The notes below the pieces were generated by a model that saw nothing but the letters and a program-made list of their open reading frames with translations, ran no database searches and was not told the DNA's origin. This document shows positions 27,166 to 41,374 of a stretch of DNA of 64,000 nucleotides, piece by piece. Both the position numbers and the translations under genes were made by a program. The DNA comes from Octopus vulgaris (taxonomy: Eukaryota): contig OX597814.1 of assembly GCA_951406725.2 (NCBI GenBank), positions 54,250,001 to 54,314,000 on the forward strand, given 5' to 3'. Every line of letters begins with the position of its first letter. The first letter of the stretch is position 1.

Positions 27166-28313
27166 ATGTATATGTATTTGTGTGTGTGTCTTTGTATCTG
27201 TGTTTGCGTCCCCCCACTACCATCACCACTTGACAATTGGTGTTAGTGTGTCTATGTCCCTGTAACATAGCAGTTCAGCAAAAGAAACTGATAGAATAAG
27301 TACTAGACTTTAAAAAGAAAATAATGTCATAAGAGTCAATTTGTTCAACTAAAACCCTTCAAGGCAGTGCCCCAATTTGGCTGCAGTCTAATGACTGAAA
27401 CAAGCAATAGGTAAAAGATATATCTACTTTCATTTGGTAGACCTATGATCAGGACTTTATTCGACTTCTGTTTTACCAACACCATCTGGCACTGAGTGTT
27501 TTGTGCTTAGTCCACTCCATTGCAGACATTCTGGTCAGGTCTTCCTCCCTTAAATTCCTTCCCCAGCCGATTTTGGAAGCCCTGCAAAAGAATCAGCCTT
27601 CTTTCCTTCCTTTCTTCTACAAATTTCAGAAACCCTGAAAAAACACCAGGGGCACTGACCTCGCCCCTGACTAAGATATAAGAAGGTAAAAAAGAATAAA
27701 AAAGGCACAGTGTATCAAGAACTACATTCATTGTTAAACATCTCTTATTCGCTATGGCAGGAGTGTATGTACGATTTGAGGGATATTTGGCTGCTATTTC
27801 TAACAAGTTAAATGACTGCATGGAGGTTTCATTATTGGCTTGAAAAGAGAATGTTATATAACGCTATGGAAGTTTGCCAAAGAGGAAAAAAAAAGGAAGA
27901 AAAAAAACTTAGTATTACACTCAATACAATACACCCTCTATTTTTGGATACAATCCAAGAACTGAGCAATAAAAATGGAAGACAAGGTCACAGAATACTT
28001 TCCTATATCACTTAAGCTTCTTTTTCTTTTTTGGAGCCTTATAAATTTATAGGAGCTTTTTTTGATGGTGTTGATTTATTATTTTTTTTATTCTTTCTCA
28101 TTCAATTTTATTATATTTTTTTTTTCTTTCTGATTAGAAACATGGGGAAAGTAGACAGCAAACTGGTGATGATGAGGATACAAATAATAATGGTGGTGTA
28201 GGTAACCGTTGGGCTGATAACTGTGATGATGAAGATGATGATGAGGTATGCCTGTGATGATGATGATGAAGATAGGGAGGAGGGAGTAGCAAATCATAAA
28301 TATGGTAGCATTG

Positions 28314-28344
<31 letters not shown>

Positions 28345-28779
28345 AAGGCAACAGAGAAAGAAACATCACAATTCAATTTAGACAACCAAACATTAGCACC
28401 AGTAATGTTTTTTCATTCACCACTTTAACAGGCACATCACCCTCACTAATACTATCTCTACTCTATGTGATCACTCAAATGGCTAGAAATAGAACACACC
28501 TTAACATCTTAAAAATACAAAATAAGGACGGTCACATAGATTAGTATACTTCCAGATTACATTATGCCTGAATTGAAGGTCATGGTTAGACTGCCTTTGA
28601 TCGTAGGTCTCCTCACTCAGGGATTACTTAGGGCTAAACAATAACAATTACTACCTCTACCTTAATTAAATTTATTTTAGTTGAAAAGATAAGCACCTGT
28701 ATAAATATTTAGTTCCTACATATCCTGAGATGCGTCCTGTTACTTGTATGATTCAGGAGCACCAGTTCAGACTGTTTAA

Positions 28780-29100
28780 CCACGTTGCTTAATTTTCCAA
28801 GTTAGACCAAGCTCACCATATTCTCTTCACTGAGGATTTGACTGGATTTATGGTTCATAGTGGGTGACAACATTTCATATAGATACAGTAGATGAGGAGG
28901 TATCTCGAGGAGATAGGAACTGACTGGGACTCTGCTTGACAGGTCATCCAAGAGGACCCAGGAATATACTGACAAATGATGAATGCAGCAACCTGCTGCA
29001 ACAGCACATGCCCCCACACCTGACCTGACCTATTTGGAATTCAGCACTGTATGTTCCACATGCATTTGGATGCCTAATTGCAATAGCTCATCAGGAGAAC
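28780..29100 (+). mobile_element. Tc1/mariner transposase relic
   Basis: MQQPAATAH (QQDGAxAH) followed by PDLTYLEF (SPDLxPLDF). Confidence 0.45.
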
Positions 29101-29427
29101 ACTTTATTACATTTTTTTTAATTACATATTACCAGTTTAGAAGATGAGTGGCCTTAAAATTAAGGTTTTGGGCTCATGAACTTAATATTTGGTTCCTGAA
29201 CTAATACTAAGTACCCTTGAAAAAAGCTCTTCATTTCATGTTGCTCCAGTCAACTCATCTGAAAATGAATACTAACAGCAGTAGCTGGTGGTTTAACGTG
29301 AAATGGATTGGTATCCTTGTCCAAGAGGAATCTTGAAGGAGAGGAATATCAAACACCTGATGACTATGTTCAGCTATAGAAATGCATCATAATAGTCCAA
29401 GTTGTATATGACTAGTGCGGAAATGTT

Positions 29428-29657
29428 TATTTCTTTATTGCCCAGAGGGGGCTAAACATAGAAAGGACAAACAAGGACAGACAAACAGATTAAGTCGATT
29501 ACATCGGCCTCAGTGCGCAACTGGTACTTATTTAATTGACCCTGAAAAGGACGAAAGGCAAAGTCAACCTCGGTGGAATTTGAACTCAGAATGTAGCAGC
29601 TGACGAAATACTGCTAAGCATTTTGCCCAGCATGTTAACGATTCTGCCAGCTTGCCA
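29428..29657 (-). mobile_element. SINE family B
   Basis: Reverse complement of 3464-3700. Confidence 0.8.
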
Positions 29658-31371
29658 CTAGTGTGAAAATGTTGTTAGTGTATAACTGAATCCCTTATAA
29701 AAAGCATGATTTAAAAACTGTATCAAAAACTGAATAGAATTGGATAGACTGGTAAATCATCATCATCATCATCTAATGTCCATTTTTCATGCCGGTATGG
29801 ATTTGATAGTTTAACAGGATCCAGTGAACCACAGGGCTACATTGTACACCATGGTTTGGATGCCCCTCTGAATGCCAATATTAAAATATTCTGAACACTT
29901 GTAATACTGCTAAATAAAGCAATATAATGTATTGAAACTAATAAAGCTGAAAATTCTTAATATTATCAAAAAGAAAACCCATTATTATTGAAATGGTTTG
30001 TAGTTTAGTTCCAGATTGTAGCAGTGACTAAGTGAGTCTATGACTAAAGATATTCTAGCCAGAACCATCCTATTTTTTGATTTTGGAATGGTTAAGAAGT
30101 TTGCTTTAAAACCACATATTTTTGGGTTCAATCCCTCTATGCAGCACCTTGAGCAAGTGTCTTCTACTGCACTGACCCATGCTTTGTAGGTGAATTTGAT
30201 TGATGGAAACTGTGTGGAAGCCTGTTTTATATGTAAGTGTGTGTGTATAATGAATGTATACCTTTCACTGATGTATATAAAAAAAAAATATGCATTGATA
30301 AAGAAACTGGTGCATTCAAACAAAAGGGGCTTGTATTTATTCAACTCGAGTCACATTGGTCCATTGGAAAACTTATAACCAGCGATGCTATTGTTCACAA
30401 AATGCATGATATACAAGAGATATTAACAGAAATTAAATTAAATCCTGTCTTTATTATAAGGCATGGTGTTCTTAGTTTTAAGACATAAACATATGTTTAA
30501 ATGTAGTAGGGTGGGATATAATACTGAATAACAAAGAGAGAAAGGGAGAGGGAGAGAGAGAGAGAAGAGCAAAAGAAAGGAAAAGAATGGGAAGAAAAAG
30601 CAAAACAAAAGAAAAGAAAGAAGCTGAGTAGGAAATTAAAAGAAAAATGAAAACTACATGCAATTAGACAAATCTTGAAGTAATTAAATTCATTTTAAAC
30701 ATTTATCCAAACATTTTAAGACTGTTAGCAGCAGCAGCTGTGGCAATAATAGTAGCAGAAGTAGTAGTACTAATAGTAAAAGTAGCAGCAATAGTAGTAC
30801 TGGTGGTGGTGGTGTGAATAACTGCTGTGGTTTAGCCCTAGGTGAAAACTGATTGAGCAAACCTATGATCAAAGGCATTCTAGCCATGACATCCTGTCTT
30901 TGCTTTTTAGGTGTATGAAAGACATTACCTAATGTATCCTCTTCTCTCCTAAGACAGTATTGTATGATTTGAGGTAAATTTTCCTGCTATTCTAGTATAT
31001 CATTGGCTTGAGTATAAACGATTTATGGGTAGTCATCACCATTATCATCATCATTGTTTTAATGTTAAATTTTCCATGCTTGCATGGGTTAAATGGAATT
31101 TGTTGAGGTAGATTTTCTACAGCTGGATGCCCCTCCTCTTGCCTACACTCACCTGTTTCCAAGTAAGCTAACATTTCCCCATGACCATACAAGTCTTCAT
31201 GAAAGTTTGGCAACAAAGTTTGGTAACTGCTTGCATGATGGGGACACTCATCTACAATTATCACACAAAATCAAGGCAAGGAGGCAGTAACATACACATA
31301 GACATCATCATCATCATTTGATGACTGCTTTCCATGCTGGCATGGATTAGACATGTACATACATTTATGTA

Positions 31372-31690
31372 TTGGTACTCCATTGGTTATGACAAGGGTT
31401 CCAGTTGATTCAACCAATGGAACAGCTTGCTTGTGAAATTAACATCCAAGTAGCTGAGTATTCCACAGACATGCATACCCTTAATGTAGTTCTCAAGGAG
31501 ATTCAGAGTGACACAGAGTGTGATAAGGCTGGCCCTTTTTTGAAATACAGGTACTACTCATTTTTGCCAGCTGAGTGGACTGGAGCAACATGAAATAAAG
31601 TGTCTTGCTCAAGGATACAATGTGTCGCTGGGAATCGAACTTATGACCACACAATCATGAGCCAAATAACCACTAAGCCATGTACCTTCA
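31372..31690 (-). mobile_element. SINE family D relative
   Basis: Shares head and core with 23450-23782. Confidence 0.65.
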
Positions 31691-32274
31691 CACACACACA
31701 CATACCACGAATTTCTTTCAGTTTCCATTTCCAAAATCCACTCAAAGTTTTTGTCAGCCCAGTAGAAAACACTGGTTAAAGATGCCATACAGTCAGACTA
31801 AACCTAGAACTATGTAGATATGAAGCAAACTTTTTACCACACAGCTACATCTGCATCTCTTGGTAAGATAAATTTGTTATATATCATTCCCCTTCATCCC
31901 TAACTGGCATATGCACATTTGTTTAAATAACCAGAGAAGAATTTACATATTCAGTGCTCCATGTAACACAGGAATACATTTAATGAATATAAATATTAAT
32001 ATTAATATGAATACAAATGAATTCATAATATTATTATAATATATTTTTTCAATGTAAACTATGTACATTTCTTCAGACCAAGTCTCAATTTCAGCTTGCA
32101 TAAATAGTTTTCCTCTTTCTTTTTAAGATAAACCATCTACAGATATAAACACTTTGATAGTTGGTATTCACAAAAGTGTTTACTGAGGATCCAACTCAGA
32201 TTTTAATCCCCTTTGTCTGCTATCCAGAGTTCCAGATAGGCCATGTCTTCAACTAGTTAAAGAGAACAACATAC

Positions 32275-32404
32275 AGTCAATAACGTAGTTGCTTGTTGCA
32301 AGAGGTGCTGTACGGTCTTCTGAAGATGTAGTTTTAATAAATGGAGTGGTTGCTGTTGTTGTTGCTACTGCTGTCCAGCTCAGGTGCCATCCCTTTCTTG
32401 AATA
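32275..32404 (-). CDS. Candidate exon (YSRKGWHLSWTAVATTTATTP...NYVID), CUB-end-like strand plus Thr-rich linker
   Basis: Open frame, non-repeat composition, donor T|gtatgt; acceptor uncertain (only AAG options). Confidence 0.35.
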
Positions 32405-33472
32405 CTTGCATATATAATAGTACATTATTGAATGTGCCATTCTCTTTTGAAAATTAAAAACCTTAATTAAAAAGAGATCTGCCTACTATTTCAAATCTGC
32501 AATGGAGTTGTTTTTGATTGGAGTAATGATGATTAAGGTAGTAACAGTTTGGTAGTCATCGTCGTCGTCATTATTATTATTATTATTATTATCACTATCA
32601 TTATTATTGTCTAAGCAGTCCAATGAGGCAAGCTGGCAGAATTGTTAGGATGTTGGAAAAAATGCTTTAGTCTATTCTTTCTGGACCTTTACATTCTGAG
32701 TTCAATTCATGCCAACCGTAACTTTGCCATTCATCCTTTAGAGGGTCACCAAAACAAAGTACCATTCAAATACTGGGATTGAAATAATCAGCTGACCCCT
32801 TTCCACTAAAATTATTGGCCTTGTACCAAAATTTGAAGCAATTATAGTCTAGCCCCTGGCTGATTATGATCAAGCAGATTTATGGTATGGAAGTAGTGGA
32901 TGAAGCATTAAGTTCAATTCACAGATCCAGTATTCTATTAGCAATATAGTGCAGTGAGGTGAAGTAGTAAGAGATGTTTGGTGTCTGGAATTGTGATGTT
33001 TTGATTTGTAATCCTAGATCAACTATGATAAAATGGAACTCTGGCATGAAAGTCAACCAAACGTGAGGGTGAAATCCATAGATCTATAGCTTTGAATGTG
33101 CCATATCTCTGTCTCCTTGAGGATCATACTGTACATTCTGGCATATGATGTACAGGGATGCAGTTGTTGTACTCTGAGCAAACTGTACTCTTTCCACTGT
33201 TCTGTAAAATGGTAAATTTTGGAAGTAACCACAACAGAGGCAGAGTAAAGGTAAATTTGCTTCAAACGTGACAGCTACAAGTCTTCTACACTTAAGGATT
33301 GGTTGTGTGTAATCCAACACAATGTTTAGGATGAATAACACTATTGATATACTTGCTATTTTTGTATGTTTTTGTTTTATATTTTTTATCTGGACTGAAT
33401 GAGAGAGATAGTGTTCTTTTGATGTTGCTGTAGTAGTGTTCCAGACTGCTGTACATGTGTATTCGTTTGGGT

Positions 33473-34198
33473 TTAACCCTTCGGCATTCAGATTATTCTG
33501 TCAAATAAAAGCTTATTTATATACCATAAATCCTCAAGTATAGTCCGCCCTTGAGTATAATACGCAGGGGACTTTTAGGGGGTTGTACCTCTGAAAAGCC
33601 TAAGCCTTGTGTATAATACGCACCCCTTCTCTAACTTGAATCATGCGTAATTAAGCCAGCAGCACCTAGTCGAACAAACACCTCCGGGCATGCATAATAC
33701 AATAATGATATTCTTAATTGTTATATGGGAATGTAAATATGTTTGCAAATTATTTTTGTCACATATATTCTATGTTCTGAATACTTTTATTTTAATAAAT
33801 GTTGCTTACTGCATGTTATAGATGATTTTTCATTGCTTTCAGGCTTAGCTTAAGGTATTTTCGTGCCTGACATCACAAAATGTGTCTGAATAAACATTGC
33901 TGGACAGTAAATAGAGACTTGAACATTGCTTAGAAAATATTTTTTATTTTTAACCTCGTATATAGTACGCACTAGGGATTTTGACCTTTAAATTTTGGGG
34001 GAAAAGTGCAGATTATACTCAAAGATTTACGGTACATTGTTTTGAAATAATCATGCATTATCTCAAAGCTTTGAGATTTTGATGATGTAATTGTTTATTT
34101 TTAGAATAACATTATAGGGTAGGTGTGAGAATCCAGATCTGACCAGTTTAAATATAAAACAAGAATATTTTGGCTGGATATGGCCAAAAGGTTGTAAC
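33473..34198. mobile_element. piggyBac-type MITE split by a nested MITE
   Basis: Begins TTAA-CCCTT; decayed aaaggttgtaa at the other end. Confidence 0.45.
33524..34032. mobile_element. Tc1/mariner-pogo-type MITE
   Basis: TIRs ccataaatcctcaagtatagtc / gattatactcaaagatttacgg; TA on both sides. Confidence 0.8.
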
Positions 34199-34597
34199 TT
34201 GCTGCAAAAACAGACTAAGATGTTTACAGGTGCACATTGTCTGTGCGAGTGGTGTATAGGCTGCATGATTTGGTGAAAAGTAAACAGTTTAGTCATTTCT
34301 TATAATATGGTGTGAAGCTTTTGAAGAAGGGGGGAACTGACATCATACTCCATGACGAATCAGTTTTATTGCTTATACATCATTTATAGTTGTTTCTTCC
34401 TATTAGTCAAATACGTTACTTGTATGTACTATAAGTACGTTTATGTGAATTTATTTCTTCCGTAATAACATTTTACATCTGCTGTGAATACTGCAAAAGT
34501 GCTGTATGTAAATCCTTGTGATTTTGTCAATTGGATATGTTGCATGTGTTTGTCGTTTGCAATTGATGTTTTTCCTTTTTTTTTTTTGTATTATCAG

Positions 34598-34620
34598 AAA
34601 GGAAACGGACAGAGGTTTCA
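34598..34620 (+). CDS. Candidate 23-nt micro-exon
   Basis: Long polypyrimidine tract ending tatcag, and consensus donor gtgagt. Confidence 0.4.
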
Positions 34621-35088
34621 GTGAGTACTACTTTTAACTCTGATTTCAAAGCTGGATTTCTGAGTGACTGATATAAGAGAGGAGTTGGCATGCAGCTGTG
34701 TTTGAAGAGCCAAAGGATACAATTGCAATGCTCTTTGTATATGAAACAGTATAAATGTCCTGAGAAAATTTGGGAAGGTCAAAAAAGTACGATTGAAAAT
34801 GAATGGCTAATATGAAACTGGTGATACTCTACAGAGGAAATGACATGTTACTGATTTGTTATGACTGCATACTACATAGGTGATGTGATTTAATACGTAG
34901 TTTGCTAGTAAGCTTGTGTAATTTTTTGAAGAAGGTATTGAGTACTTTGTGCATTGGTGAGAAGTGAGAGATGGAGAGTCAAAATTTTTATTGACGTAAC
35001 TAAAATGGTTCTTGTGAACCTTCCTAGCTACATCAAGAATGGTTCACAAGTAGCTAGTAGCTAGAATCGTTCTTGTGAAGTTTTTGTT

Positions 35089-35318
35089 CTTTTATTCTTT
35101 TACTTGTTTCAGTCATCTGACTGCGGCCATGCTGGAGCACGGCCTTGGAGGGTTTTAGTCAAACAAATCAACCTCAGGACTTATTTCTTGAGCCTAGTAC
35201 ATATTCTATTGGTCTCTTTTGGTGAATTGCTAAGTTACAAGGATGTAAACACACCAACACCAGTTGTTAAGTGGTGATGGTGAGAGACAAACACTGACAC
35301 AGACACACAAACATAGAT

Positions 35319-35383
<65 letters not shown>

Positions 35384-35531
35384 AGGCATCTTTCAGTTTC
35401 CGTCTACCAAATCCACTTACAAGGCTTTGGTCAGCCTGAGGCTATAGTAGAAGATACTTGCCCAAGGTGCCACACAGAGGGACTGAATATGAACCATGTG
35501 GTTAGGAAGCAAGCTTCTTACCACACAGCCA
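35089..35531 (-). mobile_element. SINE family A
   Basis: Homologous to 14443-14849. Confidence 0.85.
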
Positions 35532-36599
35532 TGTGTTATCTTGAATTCTGTAAATCTATGTCATGCAAAGAGAAGCAGGTCACATGAAACATGGCTCATC
35601 ATCAGGTGGGCCACACTAAAAAAAAAAAAAAAAAAATCATGGTACTAATTTTTTTTTTGTGTGTCATTCAGAAAGTTCTATGAACCACATGCAGCCTGCA
35701 GGTTACAGTTTGCTCAATCTGCTAGAAACAGCAGCTAAATATCAATTAAATTTTACCTGAATTAAAATGGATGAATATACTGGATAACCAGTTCTGGGTA
35801 TTAATAAATCAGAAAAGAAGATGAAATGGTCACAGCAAGAATGCCAGTCAAGATTCATCACACAGTCATAACAGTTGTATTGTAGTGCAGATGTGTATGT
35901 ATAGTTGTGATGAGGTGATGTGCTCCTTAGTATGAAGTAGATAGGTGAGCAGATCAACCTTAATGAAGCAGATTTATGATCTGAAGCACTCCACCAGCCA
36001 TTACCATTCCATCTTTATAGAAGTGAATAGGACTACTTTATCCAATGGGTTCTTTCGTTTTTTAAGATGACTGGTTTGGCTGCCATGGAGGAGATATATA
36101 GAGGCTTTCTCGTTATTTCATGCAGTGTAGTATGCTGTAGTGGTGATATATATTAATGGTTTAAATGGTGTTCCAGCCATAATGATATTGTCCTTTATTT
36201 AAATATAGTGTATCTAGGAGAACATAACCCAATGTTTCCTTTCTTCTCAAAGACAGCAGCATGTAATTGGGGGAAAGATTTGGCTGCTATTTCAAGCAAG
36301 TTGAGCAACTTTACAGAAATACTCCCCTTGGCTCATGTGATTCTTGTGTTCCAGACCAACCCTAATAAAGCAAACCTGTGATCAAAAGTCCCTATTTCTC
36401 TATGATTAATGGCATTCCAGCTATGATAACAGTTTCTTGGGGCGTGAAGGCACATAGTCCTGGTTCAGGACTTCCAGGGTTTTGAGGAGTGTGGAACTAC
36501 CTCTTAAACACTATTGACCACAAGTCTTCTCAGACCTGGAGTAGTAGCACTTGTTAGGGTCCCAGCTATAGGTTAATTAGCAAGTCAGTCAGGCAGATG

Positions 36600-37060
36600 A
36601 AACTCATTAACCTGGTGGTAGGAGGGAACCCACCTACAGGAAGAAAAGCCCTGATTCCAAACCACTACTGCCTTGCAGCTATACCCATCCATAGGATAGG
36701 CTTTGTGTGTACACCCCAAAGAAAAATTGGGAATTGGAGCCCCTGAGGCAGTTCAACGTTGTTTACAACCTAACTCTAGCAACTCTTGTGATGATGTTGG
36801 TGCCAAATTGTGATAGCTATGCTGTTCCTTTGGATCCGTCCATGATGCAAAAAGGAGGGCACATGCTGCAAGGGCAACAAGCTGTCCTCCATGTCATACT
36901 GCCCAGACTTGGATCCTATTGAACACACTATACTAGAGAGGGAGAACTGACAGCACCAGGTCAGCCCATAAGTATAACTTGTGCTGCAGAGACTGCCATT
37001 TATGCCTTGGACTGTTCAGTCACAGACAATGCTGCTCCAGTGGGGTGGACAACTAGAACC
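36600..37060 (+). mobile_element. Probable RTE-type LINE 5' UTR relic
   Basis: GC-richer island containing ctgattccaaacc...tgccttgcagctataccc, recalled from RTE 5' UTRs; no ORF. Confidence 0.3.
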
Positions 37061-37453
37061 TTTATCTAAGGTCATTAATGACAGATGGAAGCCTAAGGTG
37101 CGATGGGATATACAATGGTTTCATTGGCATTCTAGCCATGGTCAGATTGCCATTTATTCAGCATATCTAGAACAACAAAACCTAATGTGTCCTTTCATTT
37201 AAAAACAAGTAAATTGTAATTTGAAGTTGGCTACTATTTCCAGGTAACTGTGTGACACCATAGAGGTATCATTATTATTGTTATAGTTGGTTGGTAGTGT
37301 AGTGAGTTGTCTGGAGTGTTCCGTTGTGAGTTTTGTTTAGAATGTTGAAGGAAAGTCAGAAGCCGAATGTATGAATGAACAACAAACTTTATTTCAAGAG
37401 AGGTAACACTCTCGTTCAAGCGGCAGTAAGTGATATTACAATTTTTAAGTAAA

Positions 37454-37754
37454 TCTATATATATATAAAGCTGAAGTTGTCTGTCTGTGGCAGGTTTGGT
37501 AGCCTTCAACTAAATTGAGAGTGACCATGTTAAGACCAAAAATAATTTACATCAAAAACGTGCTTTTTTTCTATTAAAATCCCTATTTTTAATGATTTTT
37601 TGACTGCTGTGTCACCATTTTTCAGTGTATTTCAACCAGAAAAATGTTCACTTAAAAAGAATAACAAGCTACATACTGCAAAAGTTTTACTTTTCAAAAA
37701 TTCCAATTCTAAAGGGTCGAAACAAACCCAAGCAACGCTGGGCAATACTGCTAG
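37454..37754 (+). mobile_element. Short non-autonomous Helitron
   Basis: A|TCTATATATAT ... cccaagcaacgctggg caatactgCTAG|T; same termini as the 1624 family. Confidence 0.75.
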
Positions 37755-39007
37755 TGTTGAATAAAATGTGTGGGAACAGAATGTACATTTGCAAGTGTTG
37801 GATGATAAGAATTTCAACAGATTTACTAAAGGATGGCCCTTCGCAGCTTAAATGATTCCAGACGTTGCATGGCATAATTGATTTTAGAGTCATGCTCATG
37901 TATTACACCAGCTGAGCTGAGCTGCAACTAACTAGCTCTTTCAAAAAGCACACAATAATGGTTCAAAGTGGACATAGCATGGTGTGTTACTCTGCCACGA
38001 CAAAATAAATCCCTCCTGGCAGCCTACAGTAGTATTTGAGATTGTAGCCTTGGTTATAGTAGCGGAAATATGTAATAGAAATGGTGCCAAATAGTGCGTG
38101 TTTGTGGGACAAAACTGAATGAATAGGAAGAAAATAATACAGCACTGGAGAAGTGCAAGTTATGGAGGGGAAGTAAGGGAAAGAGACAGAAAGATAAAAA
38201 TTAGTTAATGAATTAGCCATACTACAAAAGGAGAACAAACAATGACACATTCAGGGTGAGGGATAAATATAAACAATGACACACTAACCACTGTGAAAAG
38301 AAAACAAGCTAAGGGAAATAAAAAACAAAACAAAAAAAACAAGAAAAAAACCTTGTAAAATAATAAAAACTACAAAACATAGGAAAATATTTGGATAGCA
38401 ATAACAAATAATGTGTAAATATCTGCCAACCAAAACCTTTTGAGAGGATTTTGGTAAACAGAAACAGAAAGAAGCCCATCATAATATATATTTTGTCATA
38501 TACTAAGAGACGGTATATAATACCAGAATTTTGAACTTGAGTCAAATATAACAAACTATCCAGAATCCTTGTTAGAATACCTGCATAAGTGGAATCTGGA
38601 CTGTCTGGTTTGTAATGGAATCAAGTCATGTAAGTTGTAACAATGAAGTCAGACCAAATAGTGACATTTTGAAATAATTTAATACAGATGTCTCTGGTTT
38701 GTGAAATATATACTAGGAAAAGGATCCACTGCACAAAATGTTACTCAGTTAAAACATTTCAAATTATTTATTTACATTCTCCATAATGAATTAATCATGT
38801 TCACAATATTACACTATTTGAATTTTAATTTGTAACTTTTAATAATATTAATGCCTTTAACTTAGGGATTACATATAGGTTTTGTTTCTTTATATATATA
38901 TTTTTATTCCTTATTGTTTTTTTATTTTATTATCTTATTATTTTTTTTATTCCTTATCATATCATGAGGTAAGTTAAACCTTTAGGTTTTAGGTTTTTTT
39001 TAGGAAT

Positions 39008-39126
39008 TTGACCGGAGGAGTGACTGATTTTGGGAGTAAAATCATTTTCCGTTTTAATGAACTTGGATATGGTTTCTTATATGATTTTATATAGTTCTAA
39101 TTCAGCCATGAAATGCGCGTAGTCAA
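39008..39126 (+). ncRNA. Degenerate type I hammerhead with very long helix II
   Basis: UUGAC-CGGAGGA-GUGACUGA...UCAGCCAU-GAAA-UGCGCG-UA-GUCAA; U4 changed to G. Confidence 0.55.
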
Positions 39127-39334
39127 TGTACAAGTACTTACTTTTATACATTATATTATTGTAAAATTTTTATTGTCCAATTTATACTTTATTTGATTTT
39201 AGATTAATATTTTTATGATGAATGTTTTCTTTGTATGATATTCAATTTTGTATGTTATATGTCTCACAGCATGGTTTTTGACGGGTTCTTCATTGACTGA
39301 TTTGTGAAATGGTGGTTCATCTCTAAATTAGTTT

Positions 39335-39585
39335 TATATATATATATATATATACACATATAGATATGCATATATATACATATACAAATACATAGATATA
39401 CATATATATAAATATACAAACACATAAATATATATATATATATATATACATACACACACATATAGACATACAGATATATATATATATATACATACACACA
39501 TTCACATATATACATACACACATATATATACATATACACATATATACATTCACATATATACATACATATACACATATATACAATC

Positions 39586-39632
<47 letters not shown>

Positions 39633-39642
39633 CATATACACA

Positions 39643-39674
<32 letters not shown>

Positions 39675-39725
39675 CATATATATACATACATACATATATA
39701 TATACATATATATATATAAATATAT
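39335..39725. repeat. (TA)/(CA)/(TACA) array
   Basis: Seen directly. Confidence 0.9.
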
Positions 39726-39903
39726 GTTTGTGTGTCTGTATTTGTCCCTCCACCATTGTTTGACAACTGTATCTTAGTGTTTCAGGAAAAGAGTCCAATA
39801 GCATATGTACTTGGCTGACAAAGTATAAGTTCTGGGGTCGATGAATTTGACTAAAGGCAGTGCTCCAGCAAAGCCGCAGACAAATGAACAAGTAAAAGAA
39901 TAA

Positions 39904-39954
<51 letters not shown>

Positions 39955-40695
39955 GTAGTGACATGTCAAAGGTATATCCATGACTTGTGAAAGGCACCTG
40001 TGCTAGTGACACGTAGGTGGCACCCATGCTAAAGAACATAAAACACACCCAGTACAATCTGTAAAGTAGTCGGCATCCGAAAGAGCATCCAGCCATAGAA
40101 ATCGGACTGGAGCTTAGTGCATCTCTCTAGTTTACCAGCTCCTCTTAAACGTTTTAACCCATGGAAAAGAGATGCTAAATGTTGATGATGGTCATGATGA
40201 TGATGATGACACACACATGCAAGTGTTTATTTTACACAAATAGGTACATACACTCAGAAAACATCCAATGGAAGTTTTAATTCCCAACAGTTTTAATGAT
40301 TGTATTAGGAGTGGAGTATTTTTTGACAAAATGTACATGTGTTCTAGGGTGCGTCATTTATTCATTCAGTGAGCTAATTGAAATTTATACACTACGTCAA
40401 AACAGTCTGATATACAGTATAGATGGGTGTGATTAAGTGTATTGTTGGTTGTTTATATGCATGCTTACAATCATCATTCTTATCATTAGCATTATCAATA
40501 ACAACAATTAACATCATCATTTCATCATTTCTATCCAAACAATATGTAAGTCATTCAATTTCAGGAAGTGTAAAGAGGAGACATAGCATTCCATATTTTG
40601 GAAGGAAAACATAATTTGAGTACACTGAAGTAGTTCTACTCAAGGATACAAATATGATACATATACAAACACATATGCATGCATATATATGTATG

Positions 40696-40729
<34 letters not shown>

Positions 40730-40897
40730 CATATGGCATTGGAGCTTGGCATGGCAATGGAGCTCGCCAGATGTTGTCAAACCATGCAACCCATGCCAGC
40801 ATGGAACAAGGATGTTAAATGATGACGGTGACTTTGCTTATAAATACATACAGATATATGATATATATTGTATATGTGTGTATACAATATATACATA

Positions 40898-41078
40898 GGT
40901 GCAGACGTAGCTGTGTGGTTAAAAGCTTGTTTTCCAACCACATGATTTTGAGTTCAGTTCCACTGTGTGGCACCATAGGCAAGTGTCTTCTTCTATAGCC
41001 TTGAGCTGACCAAAGCCTTGTGAGTGGGTTTTGTAGACAGAAACTGAAAGACTGAAAGAAGTGCAATGTATACATATA

Positions 41079-41117
<39 letters not shown>

Positions 41118-41321
41118 TTGTCCCCCACCACTGCTTGACAACCAGTGTTGGTATGTTTATGTTTCTGTAACTTAGCAGTTTGGCAAAAAGAGACTGATAG
41201 CATATGTAGCAGGCTTAACAGAAAATAAGTGCTACAACGGATTCATTTAACTAAAAAATTTTCAAGATAGTGCCCCAGCAAGGTCACAGTCTAATGACTG
41301 AAACAAGTAAAAGATAAAAGA
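40898..41321 (+). mobile_element. SINE family A
   Basis: Head, core and tail homologous to 62741-63168. Confidence 0.8.
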
Positions 41322-41324
41322 TAT

Positions 41325-41374
<50 letters not shown>

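Noticed and set aside
29350-29395. CUGAUGA...GAAA-UGCA-UC hammerhead-like string
   Set aside because: No helix I pairing (aaacac versus ataata)
36430-36700. HDV-like ribozyme expected at an RTE 5' end
   Set aside because: Could not fold a nested double pseudoknot by eye
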